A DNA stretch of 64,000 nucleotides from Paraspadella gotoi (lineage: Eukaryota; Animalia; Chaetognatha). Position 1 is the first letter of the stretch. Every line of letters starts with the position of its first letter. The position numbers and the translations under genes were made by a program. The stretch covers positions 21,264,268 through 21,328,267 of the forward strand of contig CM119263.1 of the NCBI GenBank assembly GCA_051294375.1. The letters run 5' to 3'. The notes under the pieces were generated by a model. The model did no database searches. It was not told the origin of the DNA and was given only the letters and a program-made list of their open reading frames with translations. This document shows positions 36,401-56,100 of this stretch, piece by piece.

Positions 36401-39400
36401 GCAACAGATCCATCGACGCAGTTCATTTTGTCAGAGTCTTTGGAATCTCGTATGTGAGGCGCGTCGCGTTAATCCTGGAAGTTTAGTTAAGATTATTAAC
36501 AGAATGACTCAAATCCATCTATAATTCATCTGTATAACTAACCTTTGGCGACAGCAGCGACGGTAGCAGCGGCGGCCGCCGTCGCTGTGTTTGGAGAACA
36601 AGCACCTGCAAAAAAGTGTAGTTTTAAAATTAACTACAGTGAATAATATTATATTAGAGCAAAAGGAAAATATTAAAAACCATCCAGCTATAATGCTATC
36701 ATCGCAGGAGTATCAAGCCAGGAAAATCAAATCGGATCGGAGGCTTGGGCGATTTCCGCAGGAAATGGAATCGCCGAATCCTGATGGTCAAGACGGAAAC
36801 GGAATCGACCAATCAGCTTCAGAATAATTTGATCTGTCAAACTTACCCATACCACCGATCCTCTTCTCTCGTTATAAATAAACCGAGTTTATCTTAGTTT
36901 CAGTAGACTTTGAACAAGACTCCGCGTGTGTCTCACCGACATCATTATCCAAAGATTAAAATAGAATAAAATAATCAAGTTTAAAAGATTTGTTACCAGG
37001 AAACGGCAACGACGAAGCAGGTAGGAATTCCGGAAGGAGATCGTTTTTTCTAGCCATGTAGTAATAACGAGAAAAGACGTCATTTGATCGGAAGTCATGA
37101 ACACACTGTGCGTCATGATGAACTCTTCCACGAAAGCGTCTGTGGAGGAAATCGTATTAAAAACATGTTAAATATAATACATGTTCAGGTACATTCGTTC
37201 AAATTAACGATAACTTTGTTGAAAGAGAAGAATGAGAACTGCATTTTTCTCTTTCTTTTCTCTTTCTATTTATTATATAAAAACAGGTTCCAAATGGCGT
37301 CAAAATTAAACAAAAAAATATCCAATTTTGACTAAGCTTACTTTTTACTGAAATTATAAAAGTACACTGAAATTTTTTTTAAAAGTGGGTTTTTAATCCA
37401 TTCATTCTCCAAAAACTTCTTGCACTGATGGAGAAAACAATCACCCATCAACAATCACCCTCTAACAGCACTACTCTTTTGTTCGTTTGTTTGCTATTTT
37501 GTTAATTTATCGTCATCAACTCACCCGATCTGTCGACCATGCAGACTCCGTTGGGCATAACCACCAAACGTGTCTCCAAGAGATGCTCCAACATCTTCTC
37601 GGGGGTCCCCGCCAACAACCGAATACTTGTAATGCCCGCCGCTCTTGGAGAGGGCGTTGGCGGCGCCGGCGCCAGACTGGAGGCGCCGGTGACGCCAAGA
37701 GTGTTGGGAGGGCGAGACGCCAGCGGCGCCGGACGAGGTGGTCGACGGCGGCGGCCAAGTTGGTCGCGCGACTTTGTGTCGGAAGATTTGCGTGAGGCCG
37801 CGGGAGAGGGGGTGCCGAAGCTAAGATAGAATAATGAGGATGGGGAGAGAAATGATAATTTTAATCTTGATGTCAGTTTAAATGTCAGACTAATTGTCAG
37901 TCGCTTCAACTGCCCTACACCAACCGCCTTCTCACCGCGATGCGGCGGCGACGCCTCGGCCGGGATCTTCTCCAGCAACAGCACGTCCACGTCGTGTTCC
38001 TTGAGTCTGACGGTGTTGGCTTGACGTCTCGTAAAATGCGGTTGAAGTCATCTTGTCGACGCGGAGAAAGTGGCAATTGTCCCTCCTGAAGGTAATTAAT
38101 GAATTATTCATATATGTCATCTCTCTCCCCTTCCTCCCACCACTACTCTCTCTCCTTCCTCCCCCCACTCTCTCTCTCCTTCCTCCCCCACTCTCTCTCT
38201 CCTTCATCCCCCATCTCTCTCTCCTTCATCCTCGCCACTCTCTCTCCCTCGCCCCAGCACCAGAGGTGAATAGATCGGATTAGACAGATTAGAAAATCCT
38301 TATCGATAAAAATCCTTACCCTGAGGACGATGGTGGCAGCTCGTGGCGCTTCGTTGACCAAAGCCAATTTGCCAAAGTCGTCTCCTTCTTCCAGAGTGCA
38401 GACGAACACCCTGAACAATCAATAGACGATAGTGCGATTCAAAAAATTATTAATCACTCAATCAACACATCAGTCGATGCATCAATCAATCAATGGTCAA
38501 TCAGTCAAAGGATAAATCAGTCAATCAACAATCAATCATAACGAAGCTGTCAATCAATCAATCTATAAAACAAAAAAAACGATCATGCATCAATAAAGGT
38601 TTACGTTAAAAAAGTTCCATCAATAAATAAATCGATATAAATCAATCATGAAATTATAAATCAATAATAATCCATTAACCTTAAACCGTTAAAATTAAAC
38701 CGATTCTTCACCTTGTTATGAATAACTACATTGACGGACCCGGACAGGATGATGTACCAACTGGTGCCTTTGTGACCCTGACTGAAGAGCACCGTCCCGT
38801 TTTTGGGTCGCGATTCGAAGACCGAAAGACCGAGGCGAGTTCTCGTTCAACCATCGTGGAGAGATGCGACAGAGCCTTTATATGCAGCAGCTCTTTGTAG
38901 TGATATCAATCTAGAGGGAAGAAACTTCTATTTACCATACGTTATCAGTGATGAATGCGAAATGGCGTTGTAATACTTTTATCATTATTAAATCAGGTCT
39001 AGTTTTTAACGACGATAAACTTTTTTCTCATTAAAATAAACTTTCTCTAAAAATAAGGCAGCGCGTCAACTGGAGTTAGCTAATCAGACGGCACATCCTT
39101 AATTAAGTAAAATCCTCCTTACGTCTTCCGACGTCCGCTGGCTCGGCACTTTCCGCAGCGCCCGACCCAGCAGAGCGTCGGGTCCCGCCAGCTTGAGCGT
39201 CTTGATCGCTTCTTTGGCTCTCGACTCCAGGGCTTCCCGACGAGACTCCTGGCGATCGAGAGGGAGGAGAAAGGTGAGTTCAAGGCCGAAAACGTCGGGT
39301 TTGGATTAAGTAATACTATCGAGTTAATATTTAATCAATTCGTTTGAATAACCTTTTTTGATTAATTATTTAATTATTATCAATTATTTTTATTTATTTA

Positions 39401-39997
39401 ATTATTAATTATTTAATTATTTAATCAATTCGTTTGAATAACCTTTTTGATTTCTTCGAACTTTTCAAGAGTCGATGGTGAATGGAAGAAGACGAACTTG
39501 TCGGCAAAAGGGTAGTCTCGGCTCACTGTAGGATAAGACACGACTTGGTGGCTCAAATAAATCATCCATCTCCTGATTGATTTTTTATCAGCAGACTGGA
39601 CAGGCACTGAACATGAACACCCTCACCGTGACTGATGACCCGTGCTCCATGAGCGCTTGCCACATCCCCACCACTTGGCGTCTCATGTCTTTGTCACGCG
39701 GTGTTCGCCGTCCCTTCCTTCACCGCCAGCAGCCAGTCCACCATCTCGGTGCCGACGAGGTTCTTTGACGCAGCAGAAATATCAATGAGAAGGAAGAACA
39801 ACAAAAAACGAGAGCTATGAAGAGACAGTAATTATTGTTATGTGTAGTGACAGAACCGTTCAATATAAGCAGTCCCGGAGTTCGGATCAGGCTGTAACAC
39901 CGTGTTACAGGCGGGTTAACACCCATCCCTCTTAACTGCTAGGCGACCACCGGGCTAGAACCCCGGACCTTTGGGTTGGGAGGCGAATGACTTGCCT
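33464..39997 (-). other. Second copy of the Epac core (equivalent to ~25826-32340), frameshifted; probable assembly duplicate
   Basis: Introns and exons are near-identical to the main copy and differences are mostly 1-nt indels. Starts mid-exon and ends at a 25-N gap. Confidence 0.85.
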
Positions 39998-40022
39998 NNN
40001 NNNNNNNNNNNNNNNNNNNNNN

Positions 40023-44669
<4,647 letters not shown>

Positions 44670-45057
44670 CGGCACCAAAGGCCGCTGATGAACGGTTGGT
44701 GGATTTTATTCCATAGCTTCAACAGCGCCAACATCGCCACATATGTCCACCTGCGAACTCTGCTTGGATCGTATCCTGGAGTCGTGCAGCAAATGCGCCG
44801 ATTTCGTCATGAGCAGCATCTTGAGGATGCAGCCGGCCTGCAGCATCTTCTCCGAAGGAACCTGCAAGGGATCGTCGAGGAAGAAGCGGCGGTAAGTCAG
44901 GTGAAAGAACGATTCGTCGTCATCGTCGTCGTCGTCGGCGACGTGATTAGTTTGGGCGACGAACGACGAGGAATGTTGTTGACTCATGGGCGAAGATTTT
45001 CCCGAATCATCAATCCATCAAATTCGATCGTAAACATTTAAATGGATCGAAAATGAG

Positions 45058-45110
45058 TTTTGAAAAAGAAATTTCTCTCTCTCTTCGTCTATCTCTCTCT
45101 TCTCTCTCTC

Positions 45111-45174
<64 letters not shown>

Positions 45175-48100
45175 CCTCATTTTCGATCCATTTAAATGTT
45201 TACGATCGAATTTGATGGATTGATGATTCGGGAAATCTTCGCCCATGAGTCAACAACATTCCTCGTCGTTCGTCGCCCAAACTAATCACGCGCCGACGAC
45301 GACGACGATGACGACGAATCGTTCTTTCACCTGACTTACCGCCGCTTCTTCCTCGACGATCCCTTGCAGGTTCCTTCGGAGAAGATGCTGCAGGCCGGCT
45401 GCATCCTCAAGATGCTGCTCATGACGAAATCGGCGCATTTGCTGCACGACTCCAGGATACGATCCAAGCAGAGTTCGCAGGTGGACAATGTGGCGATGTT
45501 GGCGCTGTTGAAGCTATGGAATAAAATCCACCAACCGTTCATCAGCGGCCATTGGTGCCGGAGGCAAGTCATTCGCCTCCCAACCCAAAGGTCCGGGGTT
45601 CTAGCCCGGTGGTCGCCTAGCAGTTAAGAGGGATTGGGTGTTAACCCGCCTGTAACACGGTGTTACAGCCTGATCCGAACTCCGGGACTGCTTATATTGA
45701 ACGGTTCTGTCACTACACATAACAATAATTACTGTCTCTTCATAGCTCTCGTTTTTTGTTGTTCTTCCTTCTCATTGATATTTCTGTGGTCAAAGAACCT
45801 CGTCGGCACCGAGATGGTGGACTGGCTGCTGGCGGTGAAGGAAGGGACGGCGAACACCGCGTGACAAAGACATGAGACGCCAAGTGTGGGGATGTGGCAA
45901 GCGCTCATGGAGCACGCGGTCATCAGTCACGGTGAGGGTGTTCATGTTCAGTGTCCACTGTCCAGTCTGCTGATAAAAAATCAATCAGGAGATGGATGAT
46001 TTATTTGAGCCACCAAGTCGTGTCTTATCCTACAGTGAGCCGAGACTACCCTTTTGCCGACAAGTTCGTCTTCTTCCATTCACCATCGACTCTGAAAAAG
46101 TTCGAAGAAATCAAAAAGGTTATTCAACGAATTGATTAAATAATTAAATAATTAATTATTAAATAATAAAAATAATTGATTAAATAATTAATCAAAAAGT
46201 TTATTCAAACGAATTGATTAATATATTAACTCGATAGTATTACTTAATCCAAACCCGACTTTTCGGCCTTGAACTCACCTTTCTCCTCACCTCTCGATCG
46301 CCAGGAGTCTCGTCGGAAGCCCTGGAGTCGAGAGCCAAAGAAGCGATCAAGACGCTCAAGCTGGCGGGACCCGACGCTCTGCTGGGTCGGGCGCTGCGGA
46401 AAGTGCCAGCCAGCGGACGTCGGAAGACGTAAGGAGGATTTTACTTAATTAAGGATGTGCCGTCTGATTAGCTAACTCCAGTTGACGCGCTGCCTTATTT
46501 TTAGAGAAAGTTTATTTTAATGAGAAAAAGTTTATCGTCGTTAAAAACTAGACCTGATTTAATAATGATAAAAGTATTACAACGCCATTTCGCATTCATC
46601 ACTGATAACGTATGGTAAATAGAAGTTTCTTCCTCTAGATTGATATCTCACTACAAGAGCTGCTGCATATAAAGGCTCTGTCGCATCTCTCCACGATGGT
46701 GAACGAGAACTCGCCTCGGTCTTCGTCTTCGAATCGCGACCCAAAAACGGGACGGTGCTCTTCAGTCAGGGTCACAAAGGCACCAGTTGGTACATCATCC
46801 TGTCCGGGTCCGTCAATGTAGTTATTCATAACAAGGTGAAGAATCGGTTTAATTTTAACGGTTTAAGGTTAATGGATTATTATTGATTTATAATTTCATG
46901 ATTGATTTATATCGATTTATTTATTGATGGAACTTTTTTAACGTAAACCTTTATTGATGCATGATCGTTTTTTTTGTTTTATAGATTGATTGATTGACAG
47001 CTTCGTTAATTGATTGATTGATTGATTGACTGATTTATCCTTTGACTGATTGACCATTATTGATTGATGCATCGACTGATGTGTTGATTGAGTGATTAAA
47101 ATTTTTTGAATCGCACTATCGTCTATTGATGTTCAGGGTGTTGTCTGCACTCTGGAAGAAGGAGACGACTTTGGCAAATTGGCTTTGGTCAACGAAGCGC
47201 CACGAGCTGCCACCATCGTCCTCAGGGTAAGGATTTTTATCGATAAGGATTTTCTAATCTGTCTAATCCGATCTATTCACCTCTGGTGCTGGGGCGTAGG
47301 AGAGAGAGTGGCGAGGATGAAGGAGAGAGAGATGGGGGATGAAGGAGAGAGAGAGTGGGGGGAGGAAGGAGAGAGAGAGTGGGGGGAGGAAGGAGAGAGA
47401 GTAGTGGTGGGAGGAAGGGAGAAGATGACATATATGAATAATTCATTAATTACCTTCAGGAGGACAATTGCCACTTTCTCCGCGTCGACAAAGAGACTTC
47501 AACCGCATTTTACGAGACGTCAAGCCAACACCGTCAGACTCAAGGAACACGACGTGGACGTGCTGTTGCTGGAGAAGATCCCGGCCGAGGCGTCGCCGCC
47601 GCATCGCGGTGAGAAGGCGGTTGGTGTAGGGCAGTTGAGCGACTGACAATTAGTCTGACATTTAAACTGAACTCAAGATTAAAATTATCATTTCCTCTCC
47701 CCATCCTCATTATTCTATCTTAGCTTCGGCACCCCCTCTCCCGCGGCCTCACGCAAATCTTCCGACACAAAGTTCGCCGACCAACTTGGCGCCGCCGTCG
47801 ACCACCTCGTCCGGCGCCGCTGGCGTCTCGCCCTCCAACACTCTTGGCGTCACCGGCGCCTCCAGTCTGGCGCCGGCGCCGCCAACGCCCTCTCCAAGAG
47901 CGGCGGGCATTACAAGTATTCGGTTGTGGCGGGGACCCCCGAGAAGATGTTGGAGCATCTCTTGGAGACACGTTTGGTGGTTATGCCAACGGAGTCTGCA
48001 TGGTCGACAGATCGGGTGAGTTGATGACGATAAATTAACAAAATAGCAAACAAACGAACAAAAGAGTAGTGCTGTTAGAGGGTGATTGTTGATGGGTGAT

Positions 48101-51100
48101 TGTTTTCTCCATCAGTGCAAGAAGTTTTTGGAGAATGAATGGATTAAAAACCCACTTTTAAAAAAAATTTCAGTGTACTTTTATAATTTCAGTAAAAAGT
48201 AAGCTTAGTCAAAATTGGATATTTTTTTGTTTAATTTTGACGCCATTGGAACCTGTTTTTTATATAATAAAATAGAAAGAGAAAGAAAGAGAAAAATGCA
48301 GTTCTCATTCTTCTCTTTAACAAAGTTATCGTTAATTTGAACGAATGTACCTGAACATGTATTATATTTAACATGTTTTAATACGATTTCCTCCACAGAC
48401 GCTTTCGTGGAAGAGTTCATCATGACGCACAGTGTGTTCATGACTTCCGATCAAATGACGTCTTTTCTTCGTTAATTACTACATGGCTAGAAAAAACGAT
48501 CTCCTTCCGGAATTCCTACCTGCTTCGTCGTTGCCGTTTCCTGGTAACAAATCTTTTAACTTGATTATTTTATTCTATTTTAATCTTTGGATAATGATGT
48601 CGGTGAGACACACGCGGAGTCTTGTTCAAAGTTACTGAAACTAAGATAAACTCGGTTTATTTATAACGAGAGAAGAGGATCGGTGGTATGGGTAAGTTTG
48701 ACAGATCAAATTATTCTGGAAGCTGATTGGTCGATTCCGTTTCCGTCTTGACCATCAGGATTCGGCGATTCCATTTCCTGCGGAAATCGCCAAGCCTCCG
48801 ATCCGATTTGATTTTCCTGGCTTGATACTCCTGCGATGATAGCATTATAGCTGGATGGTTTTTAATATTTTCCTTTTGCTCTAATATAATATTATTCACT
48901 GTAGTTAATTTTAAAACTACACTTTTTTGCAGGTGCTTGTTCTCCAAACACAGCACGGCGGCCGCCGCTGCTACCGTCGCTGCTGTCGCCAAAGGTTAGT
49001 TATACAGATGAATTATAGATGGATTTGAGTCATTCTGTTAATAATCTTAACTAAACTTCCAGGATTAACGCGACGCGCCTCACATACGAGATTCCAAAGA
49101 CTCTGACAAAATGAATGCGTCGATGGATCTGTTGTCTTAGCAACCGACAACGCGTCATCTGCTTCATCAGGAATGGCGCGACGTTGTTGGTAAGGATCTT
49201 GAGTAGGAATAAAAAAAATTATCAAAGTTTGTACTGCGACTTTCCTTTTCTCTCTTCCGGCTTTCTGGAGGCACATCAACTTTCTATGACATTCCAAACA
49301 TCATGCCGTTCCTTCAAGATTTGGATAAGGTAAATAAAGATTGACGCCACTAAAATAGAATATAAGAAAGAAAAGTAAAAGTAAAAAAGAAATTTTCATT
49401 GATAGAAAAGCAAATCATTCTGGGAGTTTTAACCTAGACTGTGTGTGAGTCTTCATTAAAGCTTATCCTGTTAGAGGGATGCGACTTTAGTCTGTTTAAA
49501 GTCAGGGCAAAATAACTTCGTCTTTCTCAATTAATATAAATAAGCAAACGCCAACGTGGCTGAGTCAGCATTGTTGTTGTTATCATTTTAGAATCAATCC
49601 GACGACGACGAACTGATGATTGGACTGGAAGACGATTACGAAAACCTCAAGCAAATCATCAAAGAAGGAATACAAAAACTCACCTTAACCCGAAGGTAAG
49701 TCGTTGCGCGGCGACGGGAAAAGACAGTCATGGTGTGATTTATAAAAAAAAAAAAAAAACGGAAAAATGAAACAAATCCTATTATTATTTATTTATTTAT
49801 TTATCTAATAATTAATACTAATTCTTCAGATACAAAGACGGGGAGAGTGTCGTCTCGAGCGCCGAGTTTCCGCAAGGTTCCGTCGCAGAAAATCCTCGGT
49901 GTACGAGGATTGGCCATCAGGTAGAAGATGCAATGATATCTTTTCTTGTTACGATTCTAGTTAGAGACGCGTAGACATGTACTCGGGCATTGCAATATGT
50001 TCACTCGCCTATAAGCATAATAAATAAAATAATAAATTTTTTAACCCTTAAAGAGTTACTACCATGATGGAAAAAAAATTGTCGCGGTTAATTTTTTGGC
50101 CTTAATAGAATCTCAAAAATAAAAATTGGGTAACTATAGCCTCTAGTGATTCATATGAGCTGTGTCTCATTTATGTAAAAAAAAAAGTTCTATGCCAAAA
50201 AAATTATGTGTTTAAAAAAATATTTGTTCTTTTTTATCTTTTTTATTTTTATACTTTTTTTTTACTAATACACTAATAATTTTTGGTTCTTTTATTATTA
50301 ACTTTTAAAAATCCCTGCCTTTTCTCAGTTTCATGTCAAATGGTTATGCATCATCTCATTAAGATAAATTTAGGTGATGAATAATTAAGTGGTATTTAAA
50401 AACATTGATGCTGTAGATCTCACACATATTTTTTTTATTGTGAAGTATTAAAAAATATTATAAGGTTCCGGGTAACCTTTTTGTGAACAAAGTTATTATT
50501 TTTAGTTACCTCTGGATGTATTATCAGAACCAAGTATCAAACAAGTAAAAAAATAAAAAATCAAAGATTTTGTGAAGTGAAGACAATGCATTATCACAAT
50601 ATGAGCAACAACTATGGTTCACTTTATATGGGATCAATCTTTTCCAAAGAATTAAAATATATTTGACATAAAATTAACCAACTTTTCCGAACGCGGCAAA
50701 TTTTTTTTCATCATGGTACTTCGTTTCTAAATAATATTAATAAAGTTTTAATGATTTTTCATTTATAATTAATTTAAATTTAATTTAATTTCACTTAATG
50801 AGGAGTGTGTTTTACTCGGATTGAGGTATTTGTTCTTTTGACCGTCAGGTGGTTGGGAACATCTCGACGAGCGAAACAACGAGTACAACAACGATCTCAA
50901 CAAACAGTTTTTGGCGGCGGCGAATACGGCGAGGCCGGTTCACGCTAAGATGAAAGTGAGTCGTGTGGTTCTCGGTTGCCAAGTGATAGGAAGAAAATAT
51001 ACATATAGTGAGAATAATTAGATAAAAATATTATTTACTTTGATGTCTTTACGTTAAAATCTATGATAAATCACTATTGTTATCGCATGAAGCTTTATTC

Positions 51101-52056
51101 TATATTTAATATTTATTTATATTCTCTCTCCTCCCTACACTTAACTCATCAAGTCATCACAGGGTGTACTGTGCCGATCCACCAGTAAAGACGACCATCG
51201 ACGCCTCAAGAAAATCCGTCAGTTGGCGGCGGAAAAAGTCGGCATCAACGAAGCAGCGGAGTTGGTGGAGGTTCGGGATTTGTTGTCTTGTTCAGCAACA
51301 TATTACATTTTCACTATGCTAGCCAAGGACCATTATGGAGAGTGGCTCCCGTTAATTCGCCTGGGACATACACAACTTGATAATCTTGCATATATTACTT
51401 ATTCTCACATACATAACGCCAAGGCAATCCTGGTTTTCTCCCTTGTCATTAAAAACAATTGAACACTAGCAATGTTATTTTTTTTCGATCTTAGGTGAAA
51501 TCGACGGGAGAACGATGTCCCTTCAGAGACGACGATGTGGGCATTATGACCTCGCTGAGTTGCAACGGACAGGTGATTTAGAAATTCCATCTCGTTTCTT
51601 GTTTTTTAAAATGTTTCTCTTCGTTTTTTCAGCTGTTCGTTGGTCCGAGAGAACATTTGGATTCCCTTACACCAGAGACGATCCAAGAGGACCGACATCT
51701 TCTTCGCTGAAGACCCTGGAATCTTTTTCCTCCAAAGTAAAGAAAAATAATAAAATAGGGTTTTAAAAAAATGAAGGAAAAAATTTCATGAAAAAAATCG
51801 ATGACAGGACATCGCTTTTCACTTGATGCTGTACGATTGGGAGCTCTTCAGCACAATTCACGTCCACGAGCTTATTTATCACATTTCGGAAGGCATTTGT
51901 TCAAACAGGTCATTAAATTTTATCAGAGCTTCCCAATTCACTTTCTGAAATCTCATCGTCCGTGATAAAATGTTTAGTTCCTGTTAATGATTATTTAATA
52001 ATAAAATTGATTTGTACACCAGATCACCTCGAACTTAGAAATCTTTCATCTCCTCT
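45058..52056 (+). other. Third, inverted copy of the Epac core (reverse complement of ~25826-32870); probable assembly duplicate
   Basis: Reverse complement of the second copy, sharing its mid-exon breakpoint and private deletions. Ends at the 25-N gap 52057-52081. Confidence 0.85.
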
Positions 52057-52586
52057 NNNNNNNNNNNNNNNNNNNNNNNNNTTTCTTTTTCAAACCCGTC
52101 GACTAATCGCTCTCGGAGAATTTATTCACAATTATTCGAAAAAAGTTAACGTATTTTTTTTAAAAATGAGATTAAAAAGATTAAATCCCCAGGTTATTTA
52201 AGCCACGCGTAATTTAATCGTTTTAAATTCGCAAAATTTTTTAATCACAAACAATTAAATCGATTCTCAGATTTAAAAAACGAGCGATTTTTCTGGTTTT
52301 GATTCGCGAGTGATTTTCATCGTAAAAACTTTGAAAATTTAATCATCTTTTCCAACGCGAGTTTTTTTTCGCGAGAATTCATGATGATTTTTTTTTGGCA
52401 CAGTTGGATTTCACGCGCATATGTAAACGTGAAAACTAATCCCTTTAATCTTGTACCCAAAATGAAAAAAAAATGTTTATAATTCAAACTTTTTAGCCTT
52501 TGAATTTGACCGCCGCGAGATCCGATTCAAGTTTGGCGCCAACATAGACCAATCGCTTTATTTATTTTATTTATTTATTTTTTTTT

Positions 52587-52617
<31 letters not shown>

Positions 52618-52625
52618 CTTTCTTT

Positions 52626-52662
<37 letters not shown>

Positions 52663-52804
52663 TTTTTTTTTCTTCTTTCTTTCTTTTCTTCTCTCTCTCC
52701 TCTGTCTTCTCTCCATTACTCTAAACCCCCCTCCCGATCCCCACCACAAGCACACCACCACAAATGACCCATCATCCCCTTCCCACCTCATTTGCCCCCC
52801 TCAC

Positions 52805-53115
52805 CACGACCCATACACCACACCTCGAAGAGCGGCAACCGGCGTTGAAGTCGGCGTCCCTTCCTCCTTCTGGTTGAGCAGATGACATCGGGCAGCGGAG
52901 AGGGCGGGTTGAGGAGCGGGGAGGCGGGGGGGTGGGGCAAACCGTGGGTGCGCTGTGGGCGGTGCCCAGAATGGAGCCGTGGGTGTAAGAGAGGATTTGC
53001 TGCCGACGTGGGCGAGAGGAACGGTGTCCGAGCCGGAGGGGATCGGACTGAGAAGGCGGGTGTGGAGGCCTGGGGGTAGGGGAGGGATGTGGGAAGGAGG
53101 TAGTGGTGGATGTGA

Positions 53116-53151
<36 letters not shown>

Positions 53152-56100
53152 ATAGAAAATAAAAATAAAGCCTTTATTAAAGGAAAGCCGAATGGAAGAT
53201 AAAAGGAAAAGAAAGAAAGAAACAAAAAACGAAAGAAGGGCGAATAAAGTCAGTTATCATATAATTCCTTACCCTGATTCTTGAGACTTGAGGAAGGCAC
53301 GACGAGGCCTTCGATGTACTGACGATTCCGCTGAAAAAAATCGCAAACCGAACCTTTTAAGTTCGACATATATCCGGTTGTTACTGTACATTTATCTTAA
53401 ATATTTTCTCAGGTATTTTTTATTTATTCCTATTTTTTTTTTATCATTTTTTTAAATCTGTTTGACAGATATCCAAAAGTCAAAAAAGGGTAATCGCTGA
53501 CGTGTTTTTTTATATTTTCCATTTTCTCATTTTTTCTGTTTTTATTTATAAAGAATTTGTTTTGGGGCAAAATTGAAAATTTCCCGCAATTTGATCCTGG
53601 AAAAAGCGCGGGAAAAACGAAAGCCGCTGATCGAGATGAGGAAAAAGTAAAAATGATCGGATTTTCTTTTTCGTTCTATTTTATTTCAAGATTATTTTGT
53701 TTATAAAGTGAAAGAATAATCTCGATGCAAAATTATATCTCTCACTCTCTCTTTCTTTCTGAGTCTCTCTCTTTCTCTCTTTTTCTCTCTCTCTCCCTAG
53801 TATTTCTTTCGCGAGTATACTTTCCCTCTCGCACTCTACTTTTTATTTTCGAACCAAATGATTTTTTGATCTGGATTTTTGATTTGAGGTTTGCTCTGCT
53901 GCGTCTTGTCTTGAGGCGGAAGCACGAATTAGGGGAATAGGGGAGAAGGGGAAGGGAGAAAAAGGGAGAAAGGGGGAAGGGGACAGAAGCAGGGAAAGGA
54001 GAAAAGAAGAGGTTTTAAGTATCAGAAGGGGTGAAAACTGGTAGGAGGGATGAGTGGAAGAAGGGAAAGAGAAAGGGACGAAAGATAAAGGAAATGAAAA
54101 AGAAATTTTTGAGTTTGGGGGAGATTGGGAGGAAAAGAGAAAAGTAGGGAGAATAATAGAAGAGGAGAAAATAGTTCTAACTCAAAATGCCTCGTCAATC
54201 TCTCTACCTTTAAAGCCTTCCTCGGGAAAAAACTCGGGGAAACAAAAAAAAAGGAAAGGAAAAAGAGGTGAAAGGTTTTGTATCGCTTCTGGAAATTAAT
54301 GAAAGAAATAAAAGGAAAATTGAGAAACGCACGATAAGAAAAATAATCGGAACAGTAAATATAGTGCTCAGCAGAAGACGAGCGCTTTTAAATCGTGAGT
54401 GCAAAATCATGAACATATCGAAAGAAATTAGGAAGAGACGATGTCACAAGAAAAAAAGAGAGAGATTGATTTTTGAATCATTGCCCAATCAAACCCAAAT
54501 CCCACCCCAATCGCACCTAAATCTGTCCATAGTCGTGGAATCAAATTTCGAATTTCGTAATATTTTATATTTCCGACGATTTCTTCCGCAAAAGTCGTAA
54601 GCTTGGTCGTCGTCGTCCTATTCGTCATCGTTTTTCGTTGTCGTCGTCAAAGTCAGATAGACCTTCAGTAATATATTTTTCTTGGTTTGCTAGAAAACAT
54701 TTGTATTCATTTAATCAATTCAAAAGTGACTTTTCTCAATCTCAATTAAAAAATGAAATGCCTAATTCAAATATAACGACGTGCCTTCCCTGCTATTGAC
54801 TCATCTCGTTGATTGATACAACTGATTAACCATCTTAGAACCACGACGTCCAGTGGTTCCAGTTGGTAGTCGACTTCGTCATGGCGATAACGATTTACCA
54901 TGAACGATTCATCATGTCAATGAATGACTATCATCGCATCAATGAATGATTATCGTCATATCAATGAATGACTATCATCGCATCAATCATTTGGTTATCA
55001 TCGCATCAATCATTTGGTTAACATCGCGTCAATTTTTTGTCTTTCTTTTTTTTATTTCCTTAATTCCTTCTCTCGTCAGGCGAGATCCTATTCTTTTAAG
55101 ATTTTTTTTTTATTTCGGATTTTGTTTTGGTTTCCTGGTTCGTCATTCGTCGTTTCCTGGTTCGTCTTCAATCGAGATTGAGCTTTTTTAGAAATAAAAT
55201 CGGAAGAATTTAATATATAAATAATTAGAAAGATTTTGTTTAAATTAGGTTGCAGCAAATAGTTTTATGGACTGATCAGAACTGAATTCCTCATTTAAAA
55301 AAAACCTTTGTTTATTAAAGAGTGAAACTGATAAGAAAAGACGGGAAAAAAGAAAGACTCTCACTTCATTTTTTTAAAGTTTTTCCCTTCTCTTGTGGGA
55401 GAGATGATTTTTTTTCGCCATTAAGGAACACGGTTTTTTCTTTGCCCTGAATCTAAAATTAGAGACTTGACATTTGCTCAGCGGGTGGGGGACTCAAGGG
55501 GGCAGAAGGCGGGGTGTGGGGGAGTGTGCGGAGTAGGGCCCAGGTGAAGTCAAGTTGGGGGCCTGTCGAAGATGATCTGTCGAAGATGAGCTGTCGAAGA
55601 TGAGCTCGGTTCTAACATTATGTCAGAGAAGACGCGGCGAGGAATGGTCGAAGTTAAACAATGATGAGATATTTTGATAATAAAATCGCAACGAAAAGAA
55701 ATCGATTTATATATCGAGATGCGGGTTTTTCTCTTTTTATCTCTTTTTATCTGGCTAGATTTTGGATCGGTTCAGTTTCTTGTGACGTCGTCGTCATCGT
55801 CATCGGCGTCACACTTTTTTCTTATTATCTCGCCAGATGGGCTTAAGCCTGTCTTGGCTAGATTTAGGATTGGATCAGCTTCTTTTTGATGTCTTCATCG
55901 TCGTTGTCGTTGTCTGCATTGGCGTCACACTTTTTTCTTATATAGTTTTGACTAGGGCTTACAATTTTTTTTTAAATAAAAATTACTCTGAATTATGATG
56001 GATTTTTATAAAAGTGTGCGATCATAATAAGTTAAAAATTTAGATATGACTTTTTTATCTTTAAGATCTTGGCAATTGTCATATTTTATATGGATTCAAG